Below, piece after piece: positions 21,500 to 31,323 of a stretch of 64,000 nt of DNA. The notes below the pieces were generated by a model. It was not told where the DNA came from. It ran no database searches and worked only from the letters and a program-made list of their open reading frames with translations. The position numbers and the translations under genes were made by a program. The stretch lies in assembly GCA_963830655.1 (NCBI GenBank), contig CAWHND010000011.1:28505-92504 (forward strand), in the 5' to 3' direction. Each line of letters opens with the position of its first letter. Position 1 is the first letter of the stretch. Source of the DNA: an uncultured Actinomycetota bacterium. Lineage in GTDB: Bacteria; Actinomycetota; Actinomycetes; Actinomycetales; Microbacteriaceae.

Positions 21500-23122
21500 T
21501 CAGGCCGCGGCGCCGCCGCCGACCTCCTGCTCGATGCGCGGGAACAGCGGCTCGAGCGGCGGTGACCTGACGTGCCGACGCGGCAGCACGCTCCAGCCGC
21601 CCGCCTCGCGGATCGGCTGGTCGGCGAGCGCACCGAGCGCCTGCCTCGGCGCCGAGCGCGGTCCACAGCTTCGCGGTCGCGGTCGGCATCACCGGCGAGA
21701 GCAGCACCGCGAGGGCGCGCAGTCCCTCGGCCGCCGTGTAGAGCACGGTGCCGAGGCGCTCGCGCTGGCGCGTCGTCCTTGGCCAGCGCCCACGGCTCGT
21801 GCTCGGTGATGTAGCCGTTCAGCTCGTCGACGATCGTCCAGATCGCGGCGATCGCCTCGTCGATGCGCGAAGCGCTCGATCGCGGCGTCGGCGTCGCGGC
21901 CGCCGCTCGGCGACGGTCTGCTGGATCGCGAGATCCGCCTCGGTGTACTCCGCCGGCTGCGGGCACGACGCCGTCGAAGTAGCGGCTCGATCATCGCGAT
22001 CGATGCGCGAGGCGAGGTTGCCGAAGCCGTTGGCGAGCTCGGCCTGGTAGCGGGCGGAGAGGTCCTCCCAGCGAGAACGAGCCGTCCTGGCCGAAGGCGA
22101 TCGCCGACAGGAAGTAGTAGCGGAACGCGTCGGATCCGAAGACGTCGGTGATCTCGGTCGGCGCGATGCCGGTCAGCTTCGACTTCGACATCTTCTCGCC
22201 GCCGACGAGCAGCCAGCCGTGCGCGAAGACGCTGCTTGCGGCACCTCGACGCCCGGCGGCCATCAGCATCGCCGGCCAGATGACGGCGTGGAAGCGGAGG
22301 ATGTCCTTGCCGACGACGTGGTACGCCGGCCAGCGGCGGGCGAACTCCTCCTCGTCGCGGCCGTAGCCGACGGCGGTGGCGTAGTTCAGCAGCGCGTCGA
22401 CCCAGACGTAGATGACGTGCGACTCGTCCCACGGGCACCTGGATGCCCCAGTCGAAGGTCGAGCGCGAGATCGAGAGGTCCTTCGAGGCCGCTGCTTGAC
22501 GAACGAGACGACCTCGTTGCGGGCCGACTCTCGGGCTGGACGAAGTCGGGGCGCTCCTCGTAGAGCGCGAGCAGGCGGTCCTGGAACTCGCTCAGCTTGA
22601 AGAAGTAGTTCTTCTCCTGCAGCAGCTCGAGCGGCTTGCGAGTGGATCGCGCAGACCTTCAGGCCCTCGAACGGACCGGTGCCGTCGACGATCTCGGACT
22701 CGGCTGCTTGAACTCCTCGCAGCCGACGCAGTAGAGCGCCTCGTACTCGCCCGCGTAGATGTAGCCGCGTGTCGTAGCAGCGTCTGCACGAACGTCTGCA
22801 CGCGCTCCTCGTGGCGCTCCTGCGTCGTGCGGATGAAGTCGTCGTTGGCGACGTCGAGCGTCTCGAGCAGCGGGAACCACGACCTCGCTGACGAGCCGGT
22901 CGACCCACTCCTGCGGGGTCATCGCCGTTCGCGGCCGCGGCGCGCAGCATCTTCTGGCCGTGCTCGTCGGTGCCGGTCAGCATCCAGGTGTCGTCGCCCG
23001 CCTGGCGGTGCCAGCGCGCCAGCGCGTCGACGGCCACCTCGGTGTAGCCGTGCCCGATGTGCGGCACGTCGCTCGGGTAGTAGATCGGCGTCGTGATGTA
23101 GAAGGAGCGCGCCGGAAACCAT
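21500..23122 (-). CDS. metG: Methionyl-tRNA synthetase (heavily frameshifted)
   Basis: FYITTPIYY, HIGH, GTDEHG, GKDILRFH, KMSKS. Confidence 0.95.
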
Positions 23123-23198
23123 GCCGACCATCCTAATTCCGCCGGAGCACCCGGGAATCCCGCATTACCCCGGCCGCCCGGCACACACGGCCGACCGG

Positions 23199-23303
23199 CT
23201 CGGCCACCTTTCCGCCGGCTCGGCCACCCTTTGCTCCCGACGGCCACCTTTCGGGACGTTCGGCCACCTTTCGAAGGGTGGCCGAACGTCCCGAAAGGTG
23301 GCC
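23199..23303. repeat. Left hairpin, repeat family A
   Basis: 20-bp periodic ggccaccttt subunits; near-perfect palindrome at 23242-23303. Confidence 0.9.
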
Positions 23304-23419
23304 AAGCGATTTTCTGGATCGCAACGCCAGCATGCGTCCACAGGTCCAGGTCCGAACCAACTCTGCACAGATCGCTCGGGAAGCCGTTCTCCCCGCGAGC
23401 CATTCGCGACGATCTCCCG

Positions 23420-24370
23420 ATGGATATCGCGCTCGACCGATTGCTCGAAGCCAACAGCGGCCTCCTGCTGTCGAAGGACCTCATGGCCATGGGAGCTCCC
23501 AAAGCCCTCATCGCCGATCTCGTTCGATCTGGAGCACTCGTCCGGGTGAGACGAGGCGCGTTTGCTTCTGGAGCGGCATGGACGGCAGCGACTCCCGAAG
23601 CAAGGCATCGGATGCTTGTCCGAGCCACTGACTGTCTTCATCCCTCTGACCTGGTCTTCTCCCACTTCGCAGCAGCCGCAGTGCATCGACTGCCGCTTAT
23701 CGGACCGTGGCCGTCGCGCGTACATGTTCTCGACTCGACGGCCAGAGGCGGGAGCTCCATGCCCTCGCTCTTCGTACATCGAACGACCGAGAGTCGCGAG
23801 AACGTCCTCGTCGATGGATTGAGGGTCACCAGCCTTGCTCGCACGCTTGTCGACATCGGCTGCGCGGCGCCGTTCCTTCAGGCTGTCGCCATGATCGATG
23901 TGGCCATGAGACGAGGCGTCACGGCGGAGTCGCTGCTCGAGGAACTGGCCTATGTCCAGCCAGGCCGTGGAGGCAGACGAGCGGCACGTGCGATCAGCTT
24001 CGGCGACGGCCGCAGCGAGAGCGTAGGCGAATCGTTGAGCCGGGTGCGGATGTGGGAGTTGGGCTTCGTGGTGCCGGAGCTGCAGGTGGAGTTCACCGCT
24101 GTCCACGGCCCCCGCTCTTTCGTCGACTTCTTCTGGCCGCGAGGTCGGATCGTCGGCGAGTTCGACGGACGCGACAAGTACCGCAATCCGCTGATCACCG
24201 ACGGACGATCGACGGGAGACATCGTCCTCGCCGAGAAGGATCGAGAGGATCGCATCCGGCCACAGGTGCAGAGATTCATCCGTTGGGGTTGGAACGCCGC
24301 GTGGGATGGCCCTCGCTTCGGGAACTACCTTCGGTCGCACTCCGTGCCCATGCGCTCGGCCACCTTTTAG
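23420..24370 (+). CDS. AbiEi-like N-terminal domain plus PD-(D/E)XK / DUF559-like nuclease domain protein
   Basis: LVRVRRGAF, FSHFAAAAVH, VTSLARTLVD, SESVGESLSR, VDFFW, GEFDG. Confidence 0.8.
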   Translation: MDIALDRLLEANSGLLLSKDLMAMGAPKALIADLVRSGALVRVRRGAFASGAAWTAATPEARHRMLVRATDCLHPSDLVFSHFAAAAVHRLPLIGPWPSRVHVLDSTARGGSSMPSLFVHRTTESRENVLVDGLRVTSLARTLVDIGCAAPFLQAVAMIDVAMRRGVTAESLLEELAYVQPGRGGRRAARAISFGDGRSESVGESLSRVRMWELGFVVPELQVEFTAVHGPRSFVDFFWPRGRIVGEFDGRDKYRNPLITDGRSTGDIVLAEKDREDRIRPQVQRFIRWGWNAAWDGPRFGNYLRSHSVPMRSATF

Positions 24371-24444
24371 GACGTTTGGCAACCCTTCGAAAGGTGGCCA
24401 AACGTCCCTAAAGGTGGCCAAACGTCCCTAAAGGTGGCCGAGCA
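24355..24444. repeat. Right hairpin, repeat family A (contains the gene's TAG)
   Basis: ctcggccaccttttaggacgtttggc ... aaggtggcc three times at 20-bp period. Confidence 0.9.
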
Positions 24445-24463
24445 GGGCCGAGCAGGGCGCGGG

Positions 24464-25279
24464 TCAGCGGGCGCGGAGGGCGGCTTCGTAGAGGTCGCGG
24501 CGGGAGAGGCCGGTCGATGCGGCGACCTCGGTCGCGGCGTCCTTCACCCGGGCACCTGCCGACATGAGGGCGAGCACCTGGGCGATCCCGTCGTCCAGCG
24601 AGACGACCACCGGGGCAGCGCCCTCGACGACGACGCAGATCTCGCCGCGCGCGCCATCGGCGAAGCGCTCGGCGAGCTCTGCCGCAGTGCCCCGGACGAC
24701 CTCCTCGTAGAGCTTGGTGAGCTCCCGGCAGACGACCACCCGCCGGGTCGCGCCGAAGGTCGCCGCCAGATCCGCGAGGAAGTCGCCGATCCGCTGCGGC
24801 GACTCGAAGAACACCAGCGTGCGCGGCTCGGCGGCCAGCCCGCCGAGGAAGGAGCGACGCTCCCCCGGCTTGCGGGGCGGGAAGCCCTCGAAGGCGAAGC
24901 GGTCCGTCGGGAGCCCGGATACGGCGAGCGCCATCAGCACGGCGGATGGGCCGGGCAGCGCGCTGACCCGCACGCCAGCCTCGACGCATGCAGCGACCAG
25001 GCGATAGCCCGGATCGGACACGGTCGGCATCCCGGCATCGCTGACGACCAGCACGTCGGAAGCGGCCGCGAGCGGCACGAGCTCCGCTATCCGATCCCGC
25101 TCGTTGTGGTCGTTGAGCGAGATCATCCGGGGGCGGTTCTCGACGGCGAGGCCCTGCAGCAGACGATGCACCACTCGGGTGTCCTCCGCCGCGACTACCG
25201 TCGCGGACGACAGCGCTTCGACGAGCCTCCGGGTCGCGTCGCCGAGATTGCCGATGGGCGTTGCGGCGAGCACGAGCAT
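24464..25279 (-). CDS. rsmI: 16S rRNA C1402 2'-O-methyltransferase
   Basis: ATPIGNLGD, AEDTR, SDAGMPTVSDPG, RELTKLYEE. Confidence 0.95.
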   Translation of the reverse strand: MLVLAATPIGNLGDATRRLVEALSSATVVAAEDTRVVHRLLQGLAVENRPRMISLNDHNERDRIAELVPLAAASDVLVVSDAGMPTVSDPGYRLVAACVEAGVRVSALPGPSAVLMALAVSGLPTDRFAFEGFPPRKPGERRSFLGGLAAEPRTLVFFESPQRIGDFLADLAATFGATRRVVVCRELTKLYEEVVRGTAAELAERFADGARGEICVVVEGAAPVVVSLDDGIAQVLALMSAGARVKDAATEVAASTGLSRRDLYEAALRAR

Positions 25280-25369
25280 GCGGTCATCCTCCCATCCGTC
25301 GGCGGCAGCTCTCGATCGAGCATCGGACCGCCGCGGCCACACCATCCATAGCGCAGCTGTGCGGCCCCG

Positions 25370-27086
25370 TTGATCGAGGAGCCCGTCGAGGCGCGGCCGA
25401 TGCGCGAGGACCGCGACCTATCATGGGGCGGTGCCGAGCCTGTCCGCGACCGCCCGGCTGCGGCTGTGGCGGTGGGGCGCCCCGATCGGCGTGACTCTGC
25501 TCGCCCTGATCCTCCGCCTGCAGAATCTCGGCACCCCGTCGAGCTTGATGTTCGACGAGACCTACTACGTCAAGGACGCCTGGACGCTGGCCAACCTCGG
25601 CTACGAGGGCAGCTGGCCGAAGGACCCCGACCCCAACATCGCCTTCAACGCGGGCGACCCATGGGGTTATACGACGGCCCCCCAGTACATCGCCCATCCA
25701 CCGCTCGGGAAGTGGCTCATCGCTGCTCGGCATGGCGCTGTTCGGCCCGTCGAGCACCTTCGGCTGGCGATTCTCGGTTGCGATCGCCGGCACGATCGCG
25801 GTGCTGCTGCTCTTCTTCATCGCCAAGCGCCTGTTCCGCAGCCCGCTGCTCGCGACCATCGCCGCCGGCTTCCTCGCCATCGACGGACTCGCGATCGTGC
25901 TGTCCCGGCTGTCCCTGCTCGACAACTTCGTCATGCTCTTCGGCCTGCTGGGATTCGGCGCCATCCTGCTTGACCGCAGCTGGCTCGAAGACCGGCTGAA
26001 GGTCTGGACAGCGGAGCGACGCCCAGCGCACGCCCGTCGGACATACAGCTACGCGTCCAGTGGGGCGGAGCCGCATCCCGCGGCCGCTGCCGCTCTCGCA
26101 GACCGAGATCCAGACGACGACGCCGACCAGGTCCCCGCCCCACCTCCACTCGGCTGGGGACCCCTGTTGCTCTGGCGCCCATGGCTGATCGCCGCGGGTC
26201 TCTGCTTCGGCCTGATGTCCGGCGTGAAGTGGTCGGGCATCTACTTCCTCGTCGGGTTCGTCGCCTACTCGATCGTCGTCGACATCCTCGCCCGGCGACG
26301 GGCGGGCATCCGGTTCTTCTCAGCGGCGGGGATCCTCCGCACAGCGCCGATCGCGGTGCTCTCCACTGTGCCGATCGCGCTGGCCGCCTATCTGGCCACG
26401 TTCACCGGCTGGTTCCTCAGCACCAACGGATACGACCGCAACTGGATAGCCACGGGCGGAAAGCGCTGGACCGGCCTCACGGCCTGGGTGCCCGATGCGA
26501 TCCAGAACCTCTGGCATTGGCATGCCGACATCTACGCCTTCCACACGGGGCTGAGCGTCACCCACCCCTACGCCACGCCAGCGATCCTCTGGCCGCTGCT
26601 CGCCCGCCCCACCCAGATCTACTACCGGGGAAGCGCGGCGGGCGAGAACGGATGCCAGTTCAACTACTGCGCCGAGATCGTCTGGTCCGTCGCGAACCCG
26701 ATCCTCTGGTGGGCGTCGGTCGCGTGTGCGCTGTTCCTGGTCTACCTGCTGTTCCGACGTCGGGACTGGCGGATCGGCCTCATCCTCGCGGGGATCGGCG
26801 CCGGCTACCTGCCCTGGCTCGCCTACCCGACGCGCACGATGTTCCAGTTCTACGCGATCGCCTTCGAGCCCTATCTGTTCCTCGCTGCCGTCTACGTGAT
26901 CGGCATGCTGCTCGGTCTCGTCGGGCCGCAGCCGCCGCCGGAGCGCGCCCCGATCTACCGACGGATCGTCATCCTCTTCGTGATCCTGGTCATCGCGGTC
27001 AGCGCATTCTTCTACCCGATGTGGACCGGCATGCAGGTGCCGTTCCGGTTCTGGCGACTCCACATCTGGGTCTTCAGTTGGGGTAG
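25370..27086 (+). CDS. pmt: Protein O-mannosyltransferase (GT39; frameshifted, start approximate)
   Basis: FDETYYVKDA, HPPLGKWLI, GWRF, VKWSG, HPY. Confidence 0.9.
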
Positions 27087-27099
27087 GTCGGCCAGAGAC

Positions 27100-27917
27100 G
27101 GATCCGAGAGGCCGACTCGCGCTAGCGTTCGGGCGTGGACATCGTCGAGCGACTGCGTGCCGCCGGCTGCGTCTTCGCCGAGGACGAGGCCGCGCTGCTC
27201 ACCGAAGCCGCCATCGGATCCAGCTGACCTCGAACGGATGATCCTCCGCCGGGTGGCGGGCATCCCCCTCGAGCAGATCGTCGGATGGGCGGAGTTCGGC
27301 GGGCTGCGGATCCTGGTCGACCCCGGCGTCTTCGTGCCGCGGCGCAGGACGGAGATCCTCGCGCAACGAGGCGCTGCGCGCTGGACTCGCTCCGGCTCGG
27401 TCGTGCTCGACCTCTGCTGCGGCACGGGCGCGGTCGGCGCACTGCTGGTCGCATCGCGTGCCAGGGATCGAGCTGTATGCGGCGGAGCTCGATCCCCTCG
27501 CAGTGGATAATGCGCGCCGCAATCTCGAGCCGATCGGCGGCTCGGTCTTCGCCGGCGACCTCTTCGAGGCTGCTCCCCGAATCACTGCGCGGTCGGATCG
27601 ACGTGCTCGTCGTCAACGCCCCGTACGTTCCGACCGCGGCAATCGCCCTGATGCCCTCCGAAGCGCGCGACTGGGAGCCGAGTGTGGCCCTCGACGGAGG
27701 AGCGGACGGCCTCGATCTTCATCGCCGCCTGGCGGCCGAGGTGGCCGGGTGGCTGGCCCGCAGGGGCATCCTGCTCATCGAGACGAGTCGGCTCCAAGCT
27801 GCTACGACCGCCCGGATATTCCTCGATCAGGGATTCGAGACCCGTGTCGTGCGTGATGACGACATCGACGGCACGGCCGTTCTGGTCACACGTCGACGAG
27901 CAGCCGACGAGGAATGA
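27100..27917 (+). CDS. PrmC-like protein N5-glutamine methyltransferase (frameshifted, start approximate)
   Basis: VFVPRRRTE, LDLCCGTGA, NAPYVPT, ALDGGADG. Confidence 0.85.
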
Positions 27918-27920
27918 TGC

Positions 27921-28310
27921 TCAGTGTCCGCCGGTGTGCGCCGCGTCGAGGGAGCGACTGAGTCGCCGGTCCATGGCGGTCACGTTCTGGTTGGCGGAGC
28001 ATCCGAGCCAGGTGACGAAGACGCGGGAGCTGCGCTCGACGTCGTCGGGCATCCACTCGGCCATCCATGCGGCGCATGCACTGACCACGGTGTCTCCGAC
28101 GAGGCCGAAAGGATCGTGCGGGAGCCGGACGACATGCACGCGACGTGGCGCGTCGAGCGCACCGTCCCACTCATCCTCGCTCGCCTCGATCATGACCTGG
28201 CCATAGGCGTTCGCAGGAAGCCCGCTGAGCAGCAGCGCGATGGCATCGAGATCGGACGCGTCACCGGCGATGAAGACGTGCAGCGCGGGATCGGGAATGG
28301 AGCGGGTCAC
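27921..28310 (-). CDS. Stand-alone siderophore-interacting protein (SIP) domain
   Basis: FIAGDASDLDAI...GQVMIE; IdeR-type box upstream. Confidence 0.7.
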   Translation of the reverse strand: MTRSIPDPALHVFIAGDASDLDAIALLLSGLPANAYGQVMIEASEDEWDGALDAPRRVHVVRLPHDPFGLVGDTVVSACAAWMAEWMPDDVERSSRVFVTWLGCSANQNVTAMDRRLSRSLDAAHTGGH

Positions 28311-28319
28311 CTCAGTAGT

Positions 28320-28338
28320 TTAGGTGCGCCTTACCTAA
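28320..28338. promoter_or_regulatory. DtxR/IdeR iron box
   Basis: TTAGGTGCGCCTTACCTAA versus consensus TTAGGTTAGGCTAACCTAA, 10 bp from the SIP start. Confidence 0.85.
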
Positions 28339-28383
28339 TATGCGAGGTCTGATGCTGTCAGTTCGCCCTGATCCACGAGAGGG

Positions 28384-29196
28384 CTAGTCGACGGGCTGCC
28401 GCTTCGCCTCGCGTTGCAGGCGGACGGCTCGGAATGCGAGCTGACTCGCGCTGATGAGCAGCAGGATGCCGAAGAGGACAGCGGACAGGCGTGCGGGCAT
28501 GGCGAGGGCGGCGAGCACACCGACATAGGAGATCGCGGTCGCCGCGACGCCGACCACGAGCGCGGACCGGATATCCACCAGCCCCGCTCGAGCGTTGGAC
28601 ACCGTGCCGACCGTGCTGGACGCGATCATCGCGACGAGAGAGGTCCCCTTGGCGACCAGGTCGCCCACCCCGAACCCCACCACGAGGACCGGCACCATGA
28701 TGACTCCGCCGCCGACCCCGAACAGGCCTGAACAGATCCCGGTGACGATTCCCACGAGGATCAGCACCACGAAGGTGAGCAGGTTCTGCTCGACCTCTCC
28801 CCCGCGGTCCGTGCCGCCGAAGATCAATCGGAGGGCGATGACCACGAGCAGCAGCACGAAGCCCCACCGCAGCACGGAAAGCGGCAGCCTGCGGAGCAGA
28901 CGTGTCCCGATGAGTGCACCGGGGACCGTGCCGATGGCGAGCGCGAGCGCGGCGAGCAGGTCGACCTCGCCGTGGATGAGGTATCCGATCGAGCCGACGA
29001 CGACCGACGGCACGATGGCGGCGAGCGAGGTGGCCGACGCGCGGCGCTGATCCATCCCGGTGAGCCAGATGAGCAACGGGATCATGACGATCCCGCCGCC
29101 CACACCGAACGAGCCGGACAGGAATCCGCCGATCAGTCCGACGACGACGAGCGCGATCCATTCCCGCCGGGTCCGGACGGGCGGGGGTGTGGTCAC
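28384..29196 (-). CDS. TauE/SafE (TSUP) family transporter
   Basis: Duplicated SG.FGVGGG motif, about 8 TM segments. Confidence 0.9.
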   Translation of the reverse strand: MTTPPPVRTRREWIALVVVGLIGGFLSGSFGVGGGIVMIPLLIWLTGMDQRRASATSLAAIVPSVVVGSIGYLIHGEVDLLAALALAIGTVPGALIGTRLLRRLPLSVLRWGFVLLLVVIALRLIFGGTDRGGEVEQNLLTFVVLILVGIVTGICSGLFGVGGGVIMVPVLVVGFGVGDLVAKGTSLVAMIASSTVGTVSNARAGLVDIRSALVVGVAATAISYVGVLAALAMPARLSAVLFGILLLISASQLAFRAVRLQREAKRQPVD

Positions 29197-29208
29197 GCAC
29201 CCACGCTA

Positions 29209-30210
<1,002 letters not shown>

Positions 30211-30257
30211 CTACCGGGCGGCTTTGATACCGTCGCGCCGAAGAGAGAAGGCACACG

Positions 30258-30810
30258 ATGACCCTGAACATCGGCAATCGCCCCCCGAGTTTCAGTCTCC
30301 CCGCCGCCGGCGGTGGGCACGCGCTCTTCGAACCCGGTGACGGGATCACCCTGGTGGTTTTCACCTGCAACCACTGCCCGTACGCTCGCGCCTGGCACGA
30401 GCGGATCCAGAAGGTCGCCCAGGACTACACGGGCCGAGTGACCGTGCTCCAGATCAATTCCAACGATGCGAGCCGTCAGCCGCTCGACTCGTTCGAATCG
30501 ATGGAAGCGCGAGAGGCGGGCGGCGACTTCTCCTCCCCCTACCTGCACGACGAGGACCAGTCGGTGGCCAAGGCATGGGACGCGATGGTCACCCCTGACG
30601 TCTTCATCATCGACGCCGAGGGCGAGCTGGCATATCACGGCGCCCCCGATGGCTCGCTACGACGACGACTCTGCCAACGCGGAATGGATCAGGGCCGCAC
30701 TCGACGACCTGATCGCCGGTCGCCGGGTGTCGGAGCCGGTCACGAGCCCCAAAGGCTGCGGCATCAAATGGAAGCAGGCGAGCGGCCTCACCATCGGAAG
30801 CCGCCCGTAG
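30258..30810 (+). CDS. Thioredoxin-fold AhpC/TSA family protein (frameshifted)
   Basis: FTCNHCPY, INSND, TPDVF, GCGIKW. Confidence 0.88.
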
Positions 30811-30815
30811 AACGG

Positions 30816-31300
30816 CGAGGGCCTCGATAGACCGCCACCTCGCTGGTCGAGCAGGTGCGCGAGGGCCTCGATACGCGCCGTAAACGGCGCTACTCGACCA
30901 ACGAAAGACCGCCACCCCGCAGGTCGAGAAGGCGCACGAGGGCCTCGATACGCGCCGTAAACGGCGCTACTCGACCAACGAAAGACCGCCGACCCGCTGG
31001 TCGGGAAGGCGCACGAGGGCCTCGATACGCGCCGCAGACGGCGCTACTCGACCAACGAAAGACCGCCACCCCGCAGGTCGAGAAGGCGCACGAGGGCCTC
31101 GATACGCGCCGCAGACGGCGCTACTCGACCAACGAAAGACCGCCACCCCGCAGGTCGAGAAGGCGCAGCGAGGGCCTCGATACGCGCCGCAGACGGCGCT
31201 ACTCGACCAACGAAAGACCGCCACCCCGCTGGTCGAGTAGGTCGCGCAGCGACCGTATCGAGGCCCTCGACCACAAGCGCCTCGATACGCGCCGCAGGAC
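30816..31300. repeat. 77-bp tandem array of REP-like hairpin units (5 full units plus partials)
   Basis: Unit starts cgagggcctcgatacgcgccg at 30860, 30937, 31014, 31091, 31169. Confidence 0.92.
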
Positions 31301-31323
31301 GGCTCGGTAGAATCGGGGTTCCC

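Noticed and set aside
21500-23122. Genuine pseudogenisation or programmed frameshifting of metG and other core genes
   Set aside because: Indels are scattered across essential genes without slippery-site patterns, so sequencing error is more likely.
23420-24370. Type IV toxin-antitoxin operon or classical IS
   Set aside because: No AbiEii nucleotidyltransferase partner, no DDE or HUH motifs, and no evident target-site duplication.
25732-27510. Pmt-PrmC fusion protein
   Set aside because: Read-through is explained by an indel near the pmt stop at 27084-27086.
30816-31300. CRISPR array
   Set aside because: Units are repeated in full with no unique spacers, and no cas genes are present in the window.
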